Of a stretch of DNA of 64,000 nt, positions 41,443 through 55,700 are shown one piece after another. The translations under genes were made by a program, and so were the position numbers. Location: the NCBI RefSeq assembly GCF_006345805.1, contig NC_042997.1:68758001-68822000 (forward strand), given 5' to 3'. The number at the start of each line of letters is the position of its first letter. Within the stretch, counting starts at the first letter, position 1. A model generated the notes under the pieces. It was not told where the DNA came from. It ran no database searches and worked only from the letters and a program-made list of their open reading frames with translations. This DNA is from Octopus sinensis (Eukaryota).

Positions 41443-41807
41443 TGAGATATGCATTGTCATCTTCCATGAAAAGTGGATGTATTTGCGCTTTCAAAGGGGC
41501 TCTGTCCCGTATTATAAGCCCCATTATGTAGGTTGGATAATATTTTAAGAGGGGGAAATTTTGGAATTCGTCTTTATTTAGTACCTAGTATTTGTGTTGT
41601 TATTTTCATTGAAATCGGAGGTATTTGAATTTTCCAAGGGGCTATTTGCCCCACTTGAAGCCCCCTAATCTCAATGGAAAGTAACCTTTATGTAGCCCAT
41701 CGTCTTTCTCGTAAAAGTTTACATGAAAACACATATTTTGTTTCTATGTATCTTCTATTTTCTTTTGTCCTATAGAGACACACAGATGTTGAGCTTTGTT
41801 ATATAGA
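40041..41807 (-). mobile_element. Probable non-autonomous Helitron with nested SINEs and microsatellites
   Basis: GGCGTTGCTCGGG hairpin near 40055, as in the 48-49 kb Helitrons (terminal CTAG degenerate). Opposite end TTATATAGA|T at 41807. Confidence 0.45.
40705..41030 (+). mobile_element. tRNA-derived SINE
   Basis: TGGCTCAATGG A-box, GCTCGAATCC B-box, body TTGAGCAAGACACTTTATTTCACGTTGCT..CTCAGCTGTAGAAATGAGT. Confidence 0.85.
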
Positions 41808-43456
41808 TTTACATAACATGCATCACATGCAATTAATAGCTGTGACTGTCATCTAATCTCGGAAACGAGAATGTAAGTTTCAATAGATTGTTTCATGTCA
41901 AATCTTTTAACAAAACATAAATACTTGGAAACAGCTTGCTTGCTCGAGTGCAGTCAGTCGAAACCCCGCATACTGGAGGCCAGTGGATTTCAAGGAACAT
42001 CAGGAGAGATGATACTTTACAGCGAGGCACCGCACATACTCTAACTATATAGTATATTTGTAGTAGAGAATAGCGGCGAGTATAAGTCTTAGTGTATTGC
42101 CATACTAACAGAAGGATTTCTGGCGTATTGTTGTTTCATGACCAAGAAGAATTAGCTCTATGCCTGGCTTGAATTACTTTAGCTTGGTTTAAAATATCAT
42201 ACTCAAATATTTCGATTACTACAAGAATTGGTGAAAGTGTGGAAAACGAATACTTGAAAACTGGAATGAGTTCTAAAATCGGGATATTGGAAGCCGATAA
42301 AAAATGGAAAACATACAATGATTTATGTGAATGATTTTCTGTGAGCTGTAGATGTGGGAACAAAATGAATATGCATAAGTATTAATATAATCAATAAAAG
42401 TTATCGTCAAATAATCATTCTCGGTCTTTCCATTTACAGAGCTTAATTGTGTTTGAATAAAATCAACAGTTAAAATTTTCTATATTTATTAGTTTCCTAT
42501 AAGTAAATTTGATGTTTTAAATCAAGTGAAATATTTATTAGTTCAAAAACATTACAGAAATATTTGATTACTGAATTTGATATTTTATCTATATTAAATA
42601 GAAACATTAAAGTTATGCAATTGTTCATTTGTGATCTTATGTCTGGCTTGGAATAATTACAATAATTTTAATAGTATTGGGAACAATTGTGACATGTATC
42701 TGTTTACGGGTAAGCATCTGCATAAAACTGTTATATTATTCCATCTTACGGTTTTACTTCCCGTGTTCAAAGCTCCCAAGCTCGAATTTGTCTTTCCTGC
42801 TACAAGAATCAATAAAATTACTATCAATCACGTAGTAGATGCGTATTAAATAACAATACATGTTTCTTACACAATTGTGGTGTTCAGCTAATATTGTAAG
42901 TTAATCATTAATATAATGACAAGAATATTGGAAATGACTGAAACAGTGTCAAATTAAAGATATTACATTTACTTTCATTCTTCTAGTTGTGAGTTAAAAA
43001 TATCGCAATAATCGACTCTATCGATCATTTTTTGGCGAGATAGAATCAAATGAACACTAGCATTACAATAATCCAACACACTTTATTTTTGTAAAAAGAT
43101 TTTACTATTACAGAAAGAATGTATATTCGCAGAAGTAATTTCTATTATAGGCACTGCATTTTGGATTTGGACGGAAAGACGCAGCTGATTACATCTCAGT
43201 ATATTGGTGGTATTTAGTATATCGATGAAAGAGAATAGAAAGCAAGCTACAGACCAAAGTGATTTTAAATTAGAACGCAGTGAAATAACACATCGCATTA
43301 TGTAAACTACCCCGCAAAACTTGCCAACCACTTCATTAACAACAAAAAAACGATGATGATGATGATTATGATAGTGACGATGATAATGATGATTATTAGC
43401 CATGCAATATACCCTCATCCGGGCGGTTTCTATGGTTGTTACGGTTAATATATATA

Positions 43457-44681
43457 CAGGGGTTGGACAAAATAATGGAAACACCTAGCATCATACCATC
43501 ATAATATTGAAGTATCATAAAACTGTCAAAAGTTTGTTTATTTTTATGATTTTAGATTTATTATTAGTGTTGCTTAATATGTTTTGCTAAAATTGCTGTT
43601 TCCTTTCCTGATATCATCAGATAAAGGTAATTAAAATTCTTTAAAATGACAGATCTATCGAACTTTCAAAGAGGTCAAATTATTGATGTTTTTATGTTTT
43701 TACGTTTTATGTTTGGTGTATTATGATGTACTGTCTGGAAAGTAATAACAGCTTTCGCGAAAGAGGGAAAAACCTCCTCATCGATACAAAACTCCAGAAG
43801 ACAACCAAGACTTTCAGATAGGTACCGTCAGACTCTTACGTGAATTGTCAGAAAGAATCGCAAAAGTACAGCTCTCAAAATTACTGTAGAGCTTAATGAT
43901 CACCCAGTTTCCACAAGAACTGTTTGCCGGATTTCGCAAAGTTGGATTTGACGGGCGGGCTGCAATCAGAGGACTACTACTTTCAAAAACAAACGTTGTA
44001 AACCGTATAGAGTGGACTAAGACCCAACAGAATTGGTCCCTAGAGCAGTGGAAGAATGTTATTTTCTCGGACAAGTCATCCTTTACTTTATTTCCACAAT
44101 CGAGTATACGTGTGGAGACAGCCAGCAGAAGCATTTGATCCAGACTACCTTCCTCCAACTATTAAAATGGAGGAGGATCTGTGATGATTTGGTAGTCTAT
44201 ATCTTGGAAATCCGCTAGTCCAATGGTTTCCCTTCATGTCAGAATTAATAGTGAAGACTATTTAAGCATTTTAGCTGATCAAATTCATCCTATGGTAGGG
44301 AAACGCAGTCTTTCAGAGTGATAATACGCCAATTCACACAAGTAAAGTTGTTACTGAATGGCACGAGGAACATTCTAGTGAAGTTGAACATCTTATCTGG
44401 CCACTACAGTCCTCAGATCTCAATATTATTGAACATTTTTGGTGCATATTAGAAAAACAAGTAAGGAGTCGATATCCTCCACCATCATCACTACAAGAAC
44501 TGAAGACTGTTTTAACTGAATAATGGAAAAAATTCCTTTAGAAATAAACAATTCAAACTTTGTGTGAGTCAATACCTCGTAGAACTGAAGCTGCTAATTA
44601 CAGCCAAAGGCGGTCCTACCTCATATTAAAATAAATTTATTTGAAATTTTAAGCTGTTTCTATTATTTTGTCCAACACCTG
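43457..44681 (+). mobile_element. Full-length but decayed Tc1-family DNA transposon
   Basis: TIR CAGGGGTTGGACAAAATAATGGAAACACCT with its inverted copy at 44652-44681, and TA on both sides. Broken transposase 43646-44629 reads MTDLSNFQRGQI, VIFSDKSSF, DNTPIHT, WPLQSSDLNIIEHFW, AKGGPTSY*. Confidence 0.93.
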
Positions 44682-44905
44682 TATAATGCTCTTAATACTA
44701 ATTTCTAATATACGCATTAGCATTTTGCTAAATCAACTGTAAATTTTTACGACAAAAATATGTACATTGACTGCCGGATTTAGCCAACCTACCGAGCATT
44801 TGAGTAGTCGCTAGTGATGATGCTTACAAAATAGTCGAAACTAATCTAGTCTAGTGATTCTAATTCTAGAGACGATCATAGGGGAGGTATCTACTTGTCA
44901 GTATG

Positions 44906-44958
<53 letters not shown>

Positions 44959-45517
44959 TTCCTTATTTCTAATTTCTAACATATTGTTGCTTCGGCACAC
45001 ATTAAATGACGATAAGTTTTTTTCCTTTATGGTATTATATTGCGTCAAGCTGTTTATAGTAACATATTCACACTTTCATACAGGTATGAAAGTCTGTGTG
45101 TGTAAGGATCCGGTTGTAGGAAGTTCATAACATTTGAGCAGTCCTTAGAAGGTATAAAAAACAATTTTCAGGAACAATAGTGGTTTGCGGACGAAGAAGG
45201 TTGTAGATTTTTCCCAAAGCAAAGTTCGAAACGCTGAAAGATCTGAAAGTTCACGGTAAGCAACTAGATTTCTGTGTATGCGAATAAAAATCTCCTGTGA
45301 GTTACCACAGGATCCGTTGACGACAATGTAACCTTCATTTGTCTAAGGTATCTTTGGCCTGACGAGTAGCTAGCGGAGAACCCCTCGTTGAGTAATGACT
45401 ACTTCCGAGGTTCTGCTAACTAGGAAACACATGTAGCTTGAATTTTACTTACTCCATTCTGTAATTTTGGATTTTTATACACATACGCACGCGCACAAAC
45501 ATACAAATATATATATT

Positions 45518-45607
<90 letters not shown>

Positions 45608-45619
45608 ATATATATATAT

Positions 45620-45698
<79 letters not shown>

Positions 45699-45823
45699 CA
45701 TATGTATACTATATACACATACGTATATACATATATATGTACATTTATATTGACCGCTAACTCCAAAAGTTTTATTCTTTATGTTTATTTCATCGTCGTC
45801 TTTTGTTTTTTTCTGTAAATCTC

Positions 45824-45863
<40 letters not shown>

Positions 45864-45924
45864 CATATGTGTGTGGATATATATATAATATATATATCCA
45901 CCCACACACCACACACACACACAC

Positions 45925-45978
<54 letters not shown>

Positions 45979-45996
45979 TATATATATATATATATA

Positions 45997-46758
45997 TTTT
46001 TTTTTTTTTTATTTTATTTATCTAGTTTCAGCTCACGAGCTGTGGCCATGCTGGGGCACCGCCATTTGGTGTTGCTACATGATTTTACTTCACGAATGCT
46101 TTTTAGCAATTGCCATTTGGTGCATGAGAGAGTTCGATGCAGCTGCCCTCATCTCTGCATCTCCTGCCGTGAAGTTGGTTCGTCCGGGACACCTGACAGG
46201 AAGAGATCCGGTCCTACTTTAAAGACATCCGCATCCACCCCATGCAGGTCCCTCAGGTTCTTCGGGGGGATATTGAAGAGCTGTGGGCCTCTGAAGCCCA
46301 GGCTATCACAGTATCTTGTCCTACATCTTGATGGCAAATTTGGAGTCCTTGGCACCACGCAGTGGCGCTCAGTTCTGGCATTTGTGTAACTCTCGATGCC
46401 AAAGTTTGGGACAAGTCCTTCCAGGATCTTCCAGATGTATATTATGGCATATCTTTCTTGCCTACGCTCCAAGGAATAGAGTTTTAATAGAGTCTCAATC
46501 TCTTGCTGCCTGACACCCAATATGGTTTCCGACCACCGTTGGGTGTCAGGCAGCAAGTCATTTTCTTCAAGGAAGGTGATTAGTTTCCTTCTGACTATTC
46601 GTTCCATGACCTTGCTGATGTGTGAGGTCAGAGAGATAGGTCTGTAGTTCTTGGCCTCCGCTCTGCTACCTCCTTTATGAATAGGGCATATTTTACCTTC
46701 CTTCAGTTTTCTTGGAAGTTTGCCAGTTGCAAGGAAGCTCTGAAAGAGGAACCAATCC
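45997..46758 (-). mobile_element. CR1/L2-like LINE, 5'-truncated, with the RT core deleted
   Basis: KGGSRAEAKNYRPISLTSHISKVMERIV..LLPDTQ is joined almost directly to C-terminal YSLERRQERYAIIYIWKILEGLVPN..GPQLFN. A-rich tail present. Confidence 0.85.
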
Positions 46759-47948
46759 TAATAAAAATACTTATTTTTCGGGCTGTTGAGAGTCAATATA
46801 TTTTAACAGTCATGTATTTTATAGACAATCAAAGGTTGAAAGTTAAATTCAACGCTTGTTGATGTGAAATAGGAGGTAACGAAATGTCGTAATGGTTTGG
46901 AATGGTATTCAATTTTTTTTTTCATTCAATAATAATGAGGATGAAGACAGTCCGGGTTCTTTTCTAATTACAGCGGTGATGAAAAAAAAAGCAATTTAAT
47001 GAAGCAACGTGAATTATTCATTAAGTGGTTCATGATACTTGATTTTAATTAATGTATGCAAAATGAATTAAACTTACATTCATTTTACCCTTGTGGTCTA
47101 TGGGTAAAGTTTAGAGAAATAATATACAATTAAATTAAGTGGCTTAATCTGTTTAGATTAATCCCTTTATTCCCTTTCACTCAATGATATTAACCTAACT
47201 TTTATCACTGGCAACATATTCCCTAACTTCTCAAGAGGTTTAGCGACGCATTACAAAGGACTACTACTACTACTACTACTGCTGCTGCTGCTACTACTAC
47301 TACTACTACTACTATTACTGCTGCTGCCAACAAAATTGACTTACATATTCCATTAACTGTCTATAACTTTACCAATCTCCCCACTGCGGTATTTCGTGTA
47401 ATAATGGAAGAAAATGAGACGTTTTCAAATATTTAAGTGTACATATGAGAGAAGTAAATGTTATATAATAATTTTAAACAAAACGAACATATTCGATAAA
47501 GTAATTCACTAAAATCTCTAAAATATGCTCTACTCACTTCTAGACTGATAACTTACATATTTACAACTGTATATATTTTTCTATGTTTGGTAGCAAGATA
47601 GACAGTAAACGACATGTTAGCTTACTTCTTACGTCTGAATTTGTAATGATTCAGCATATCAAGAAGCCGTATATTCTGGGGATTAGATATTTTTACAAAA
47701 TGGAAACAATTAAAAACAAAAACAAAAAAAGATATAATACGTCTCAACACACACACAACGGATAAAATGACATGCTCATATAGAAACAAATTATTTTCAG
47801 ATTTACAAATAAGATGAGTTAACAGTATTTCCAATTTTTGCTCTACTTCCCAAATAAAATTTTTATGCGTAGACGCACACATACACACAACACACATACA
47901 TACACTCGTATACTGCACACACTCTCACACACGCAGAATTATGTATGT

Positions 47949-47989
<41 letters not shown>

Positions 47990-48047
47990 CGTAATAAGAT
48001 AAAAAAAACCAAGGCTGTATAGATATTAGAGCATTTATAGACACAAG

Positions 48048-48099
48048 ATCTTACAGCTGTCTCTAGGATATTATTTAATATTATCCCTTCATCGGAGAC
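48048..48099 (-). ncRNA. Near-intact minimal hammerhead ribozyme motif
   Basis: Minus strand GUCU-CCGAUGA-AGGGAUA..UAUCCUA-GAGA-CAGCUG-UA-AGAU. Helix III is palindromic; deviations are U4C and GAAA>GAGA. Confidence 0.55.
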
Positions 48100-48138
48100 A
48101 GTGTGAGAGGAAAATTAAGTCATAGTTAGTTTAATGTG

Positions 48139-48171
<33 letters not shown>

Positions 48172-48176
48172 TATTT

Positions 48177-48214
<38 letters not shown>

Positions 48215-48237
48215 TATATATATAATATATATATCTA

Positions 48238-48295
<58 letters not shown>

Positions 48296-48302
48296 ATATA
48301 TA

Positions 48303-49302
48303 CTAGCAGTATCGCCCGGCGTTGCTCGGGTTTGTAAAGGAATTAACTATATAAGCATTTTTAGAGAGTTACTTCCCTTATAGATGCCAATTCGGGCTTT
48401 CTTAGCCATTTCTGTTTTGGTGTCTTCAAGCCATGAAGTCGTTGTTCTAAAAGAACGCTGGTCTCCTTGACAACGCTTTACGACGTTGATTTCCTTACAC
48501 TCCCTTCTCCACAGCTTCACGAAGGAGAAGCAAACAGGTGCAGGTATGACCATGGACGCCAACTCCGCTGCCATCGACACACGAATAATTATGCATTAAA
48601 ATGGAATAAAAAATGATGTTAAATTATTTTTAAAATCGTAGACTCATCGTAGACGCGCGCTAATACTCAGACGGGCTCGATATGAATCACGACTATAAGA
48701 TATCCGAATTTAGTTAAACTGCACCGCAAAATGTGGGAGTAGTTAGGAATCTAAATCGAAGGGGACATACACTCACACAACTACAGTTTTATATATATAG
48801 ACTAGCAGTATCGCCCGGCGTTGCTCGGGTTTGTAAGGGAAATAACTATATAAGCATTTTTAGAGAGTTACTTCCCTTATAAATTCGGGCTTTCTTAGCC
48901 ATTTTTGGTTTGGTGTCTTCAAGCCATGAAGTCGTTGTTCTAAAAGAACGCTGTTTCCTTCACAACGCATTACGACGTTGATTTTTTACACTCTCTCCCC
49001 ACAGCTTCACGAGGGAGGAAGGGGGAGAAGCAAACAGGTGCAGCTGTGAGCGTGGACGCCAACTCCGCCGCCATCGACATACGATGCATTTATGCATTAA
49101 AATGGAATAAAAAATTATGTTAAATTATTTTTAAAATCGTAGACTCATCGGTGACGCGCGCTAATAGTCAGACGGGCTTGATATGAATCACGACTATAAG
49201 ATACCCGAATTTGGTTAAACTGCACCGCAAAATGTGGGAGGAGTTAGGAATCTAAATCGAAGGGGACAGACACTCACACAACTAGAGTTTTATATATATA
49301 GA
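48303..49302 (-). mobile_element. Head-to-tail dimer of a ~500-bp non-autonomous Helitron
   Basis: Copies 48303-48801 and 48802-49302. On the minus strand each starts TC and ends with the hairpin CCCGAGCAACGCCGGG and CTAG. The pair sits between A and T, with no TSD. Confidence 0.88.
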
Positions 49303-49531
49303 TATATGTATGTATTACTCTTTTACTCTTTTACTTGTTTCGGTCATTTGACTGCAGCCATGCTGGAGCACCACCTTTAGTCGAGCAAATCGACCCCGGA
49401 CTTATTCTTTGTAAGCCCAGTACTTATTCTATCGTCTCTTTTGCCGAACCGCTAAGTGACGGGGACATAAACACCACATCGGTTGTCAAGCAATGCTAGG
49501 GGGACAACACAGACACAACATACACACACAC

Positions 49532-49588
<57 letters not shown>

Positions 49589-49842
49589 TAAGACGGGCTT
49601 CTTTCAGTTTCCGTCTACCAATCCACTCACAAGGCTTTAGTCGGCCCGAGGCTATAGTAGAAGACTTTTGCCCAAGATGCCACGCAGTGGGACTGAACCC
49701 GGAACCACACAGCCACTCCTGCGCCTATGTATGTATGTGTGTACATATGTCACCTCATTAAGATGGTGCTTTTATTGGCTATTGATTGCCTTTAGGTTGT
49801 AAAATTGTGAATTAGCCACCCATATATATAAATATGTGTGTG

Positions 49843-49892
<50 letters not shown>

Positions 49893-50875
49893 AGTGTGCG
49901 CACGTGCTTGTGTGTGTCTGTCTGTATGTGTAAGTTTTTTCATTATATATATTGGCATTATTTTGACGTGTCTCTTTCGCTTAAGAGTAGATATTTACTG
50001 GAATATGAAAGCTTTAGTACTCTACACTTGATTTCTCACCAGTTTTATTGAGTTTTCTAACAGTCCGCTTAGCGCTGAAAAAATATGATGAATATAATTG
50101 CAAACTACTTATAACTATATTTGGTACTATAGTATATTTCTCTAATTTAATTTAGAATTTGTTTTTAATCTTATTTTATGTTTATGTTGTGTATGCTAGT
50201 GCATATATAAACACAATCATACACAGATATATATATGTAATATGTGTGTGTATGTGTTTGTGTGTTTATATGAATTTGAAATGAAGATTCATAAGAATTA
50301 AGGCACCGCAAGAGATGGCTACGTGCAATTTCAGAGCTATGTACGATATTATCAATATGCATGTAGCAAATCGAAATTAAGGTATAGTTTCGACTCAGGG
50401 TTGCGTCTTTCGTGTGGCATAGTTATAAAACTTGAACAGAAAAGATTTTTAAAATTCGCAACATCTGTTTCCGTAGTATTTAATTTAATCCAATCAAAAT
50501 ATTACATGATATTATTCAGTCCATCATGATCAGGTAAAAGTTTAAACATTGAAGGATAAAATAATGAAATTTTAAACATTAGGGTATTCGACGTCCGATC
50601 GTCAGGCCGTGAGTTCGATTCCCAGCCACACTTTGAGCAAGACTCTTTATTTACATTGCTCGAGTCTACGCTGGCAATAATGTGTAGTACCTGTGTTTCA
50701 AAGACCCAGCCTTGTCACACTCTGTGACACTCTGAATCTCCCCGAATGCTCGGCCACTTGCAGATTAATTTCACGTACAGGGTGTTTGGTTGATCGGCAG
50801 TTTATATGCTTATAAGTAGAGTGATACGTAGATATCTCTCTATATATATATATACAAACACACATATATCTGTAG

Positions 50876-50930
<55 letters not shown>

Positions 50931-51403
50931 CTTTGTGTGTGTGTGTGTGTGTGTATGTGCGTGTGTGAGTACGTGTGTGTGTATATATGTGTGCATATAT
51001 ATGTGTATATGAGTATGTGATCTAATCATTTATGACTGCATTAAATAAAATTCTACCGAAACAGCTGTCGTAAATTTTAAACGCCAATCGTGTTTACTTT
51101 AAGCGTGTGTCTATATTCTTTCGTTTTTTCATCTTTTTACTTGTTTCAGTCATTTGACTGCAGCCATGCGGGAGCACCACCTTAAAGGGTTTTACTCGAA
51201 GAAATCTATCCCAGAACATACTCTTTGTAAGCCTAGAATTTATTCTATCATTCTCCTTTGCCGAACAGCTAGAAAACACACACACCACTATAAACACACC
51301 AGTATCGGTTCTCAAATGATGGTGGGGGAACAAACAAACACACACACACACATGAACACATACACACATGAACATATACACACATGAACACACACACACA
51401 TGA

Positions 51404-51447
<44 letters not shown>

Positions 51448-51559
51448 GTACACACGAAAGGCTTGAAACAAGTAAGCGAACTCCTAAGTAACTCATACAC
51501 ACAGACAACTCATAGAACATTTATGAAACGAACACCTCTGCACACGCAAGTCTCCTGAC

Positions 51560-52750
51560 AAAGAATCACCAAGATACAAGAAAACTCGCAATTCCACTTT
51601 CAATGACAGAAGTAAAGGTGCTAACCATCCACCTTAATATAGAGGATCGCGTGAATCATCCCACCAAGCTACCATGTTACAAGCCTAATTTCCTCTCTAA
51701 CCGCAAATGCGTCCTGATCAACCCTTCTAAAAGTGGGATATGTATTGTTAAATCGTAATCTTGATACCATCGACACCAACATCAGAAGTGCTACAGGGTT
51801 AATCCAATAGGATGCAAGTGCAGTTGTTACCGACTGGTTTCGCAGTATTGAGAACATCCAGTAGATTCACGCCATTTGACATCATAGATTTCAACCCTCG
51901 TTTAACAAAACACTTCCTCCTGAGGCTAAAATTTTACTAAGCAATTCTCTAGAATATGCATGTGCATCTTTGTGTCTGGAAGACAAACGAGGTTCACAAC
52001 GATTTCTTCTGGCTGAAGAAAGCAGGCGAGCCATTGTTCGACGTTATATGGGTAGCCATGCGAAGCTGAGATCGCCGACTTGGTCGGGTTAAATTGGATA
52101 CCCTCAGGAGACGTACGCATCTGCATAGGAACGACGGTCTGGCAATATCAATCCATCTGAATGGACAAGTTCAGAAAGAACTTAATAAAAATATTCTAGG
52201 AATTCGGCCTGTCCATAATGGGAACCACCAACCTGAACACGTTCGACTTCTTGGATGTGACGTTAGACTTGACCACGGGTAAGTACTATCACTACAAGAA
52301 ACCCAACGAAGAAACTGTATACATCGACAAGAGCTCGAACTATCATCTCGCTATAATTAGAAACCATTTCTCAGGCTTTAGTAGAAGAATATCCACGTTC
52401 CAGGTCGATAGGGAGGTCTTTAACAAGGGCGTCCCTACTACACTGATGCTTTGGCTAGGAGCGGTTTCACATGCATTGCACAATTCAACAGACACAAAGA
52501 TACACACGCATAACTCCTAACACCAACATGCAACTGCTGAAAATCTGCCAGCTGCTCTTTAAGACAATCCTACCTCTCAAGGGCTGTAGTTTACACAGCC
52601 ACTCTCACATCATCCGATGGGATCACTAAGCACTACACGGGCATGACAGCTTCGACGAAACTGATGTCGCTAACCATTTAACATTATTGACTATAGCGCC
52701 ATGTGACCCTTCATGACAAATAACAGACCGTCTAACGGTAGCAATATTGG
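51560..52750 (+). mobile_element. Decayed Penelope-like retroelement (RT plus GIY-YIG remnants)
   Basis: Fragments AEIADLVGL, HRNDGLAI (degenerate YRDDGL), FDFLDVTLDLTTGKYYHYKKPNEETVYIDKSSNY, and AVVYTATLTSSDGITKHYTGMT (GIY-YIG-like). Confidence 0.8.
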
Positions 52751-55700
52751 ACTTACTGAACCTCCCCATTCAGTTTTACAGAAGACTGAAAAAGTCAGGT
52801 TCCGTTAGAGGGTCTGAGAAAATTAAAGTAGCACACAAACCTAATCGAACTCTTTTGAATAATATTTTGATTTGGACTGACAAAGCACCCATATTACAAG
52901 GCATAATAGTTAATAATTCGTAATGCTCTATGAAGCGCACAACACACAAACACACACACACACGCACGCACACGCGCACATACACAATCGCATATTAACA
53001 GGGGAGATAACTGCCCAGTGAGCGACTCTAGTATCACTTGAGTCACTCATATCAGTGTATATATATATTGTGCGATTCATAAAGGTTTTTCGTTTATGGT
53101 ATTATATACAAGCATATGTTTCAACTTTCCAATTTAAGATGACCAATATAGTTTTTTGATAAACATATTGTATTAATTGATGCAAGAACTATGAAAAATT
53201 CTTAGATATTGCCATCTTTAAACCTGATTACAATTTTTAGTGGCTCTGATATCTCCGATTAAGTTTGAATTCTGAACGGAAATTAAATCCCATGTTCCAT
53301 TGCTACATGATTGTGATAGTTATATCGTTTACAGCAAATGTGTTGTTTCAAGCGTCAATTAATTATTGTACATTATAAAGTGAGACTCTTGTGTCGTAGA
53401 TAAATTGCTGACTTGCCTAGTATTTCTTACGGCGTCTAAAATTTGAGTAACAGTTGTGGTCAACTGTAGATAATACGTATTGCTCTATACACAAATGTAT
53501 TTTTCCTATAATGGTCAATTTTATCATGAACAGAGCTATGAATAAAGGACAACCTTGGTATAAATTGTGTTGTCATATATGAGTTGGGAAAACTGTTGAC
53601 GAGCAGGAGCGGTCACTGAGTTAGCTAAAGCATTGTCCTCTGCGCACGAACACACACACACACACACACACACACAACACACACACGCAAACACAAACGC
53701 AAACACACATGCACATACATATATACAGATGCATACATATTTATAGGTTATGCAATCTTGTGATATATCTACTTAATTGCATAAACACACACACACACAT
53801 ACACACTCACAAATAAATACATACACATATAATTACTTCATTTTTATATGTTTTGTATATTTGTGCGTTATATTTCACTTTACTTTTTGCAAAATTTCAA
53901 GTGACAGCAAGTTTTTAAAAGTTGTTGTTAGCTTACTACTTGCTAAAATGCATTATAGATATACACATGCAACCTGTTAAAAGAAGAAAGAAAAAACAAA
54001 ATAAAAACGAAGCAATAAATATTTTCTGTAACATGCATGTCAAATGTAAAATCAATTAGAGACAACTATCTACAAAAGAGGAGTTTTCTTTTATTGTTTT
54101 AATTTTCTTTCAGTGTTCCCATTTTTCCTTAAAACATTTCACAACGTTTACCGACCTCGTCACGACTATCACTACAACAACAAAGAAAAAAATACCTTTA
54201 ATGTTTTATTAAGTGGCAGAACAATTATTTTTCAGTGAATAGCATGTTGTTTTCTACAATGCTTTGGCCATTACTCTCAGACACGCTAATGTACTTTAAG
54301 AAACTACCAATTAGCTAAGAGATATACGGATACTTGTTTTAATTAGCAATATCATCCATTTAATTTACATTTAAACAGTAGAAAAAAGAATACTTGATGA
54401 GACAAATTTTCCCATTAACATTATTTCTCACTTTTCTGTTGTGTAACCTGTTAGATATTGGTTAATATATTAAAGATAGTACCGATCGTCTAGTTTCTAT
54501 GATTCGTCTATCTTGTATAAAACTTTTACGGTAGACTGATGACCCCTGTTAGAAGATTTACAAAGCATAGATGGCAGTCCGACTGCAATCGTCCTTAATA
54601 TATTTCGATGTGATGACTGGACACTCAGGTCTCAGTTCGTGCAATAGAGTGGCTTCACATTATTTCGTCTGTCTCTACGTTATGAATTCAAATTCCGCCG
54701 GGGTCGATAAATTAGTTGCATACTGGGGTCGATCTAAACGAATGGCACCCTATTCCCAAATTTCGGGCCTTGAGCCTAAAGTAGAAAAGAGTGGCTTCAC
54801 ATTGTATGCTCTACACCTAATAAATGTCTTGAAAATGCCACACTGAACGCTAACGAAATGCGAGTCATAGAGCTCACAGCTATCTGCCGTTATATGGAGA
54901 CCGACACTAATGACTGAACACGTGTGGGGAGACATTTGTTTAACAATTCGGATTATCTTAATAGTTGTACATTAAAAAAAAATGGTCTGCACTTTTGGTT
55001 TATCCCGGACGGTGATAAAGTAGTACACGCTAGTGTTCGTTAATATCCAGTATTGATGACTGGTCACAATCTGGGAGACGTTTCTATTTAATAAATGAGA
55101 TTATCTTCATTGTTGTGCAATAAGAAAAATGCATTGCATCTTTGGTTTTGTCAGGACAGTGATAAAATAGTACACGGTGGTGTTTATTATTTTCATTAGA
55201 CACATTTAAATGTATTCAATTTTTCTATTTACTTAGATTTTAGAATTAACACATATAAAACAGTACAGAAGACGATTGTTGCTGAAAGGAGTGTCCTGAA
55301 GAAAATAGTACACAATCGACACCATTTGATCGATGCATTATGTGCTGTGTGTATTTATATGATTATGAATGCAATTATATATGTCGTAAGAAAGAGTTGC
55401 ATCGACATTAAAAGGTAAATCGAGATTGTACAAAAGACAGCGGCAAGTTAAAATGGGATTTTACATGATCGTCAGTGATGGTTAGGAACGGAGAAAAGGA
55501 ACTGGGTGTGAAATGTCCGATATACATACATATGTATATATGTGTGTGTATGTGCAATATATGTAAGAAGTGTATGTCTATATATAAATATAAATATTGT
55601 GGAGAATGTATTTACTTGTTTATTTTTAAACTTTTCTTCTTTACGTGGTTTGAGAAAAAATAATTGGACAAAACAAAACGAAAAAAAATAACCGTCTAGG

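Noticed and set aside
45100-45431. Possible solo LTR (TGT...ACA with AATAAA)
   Set aside because: No convincing TSD or second copy, so it cannot be supported.
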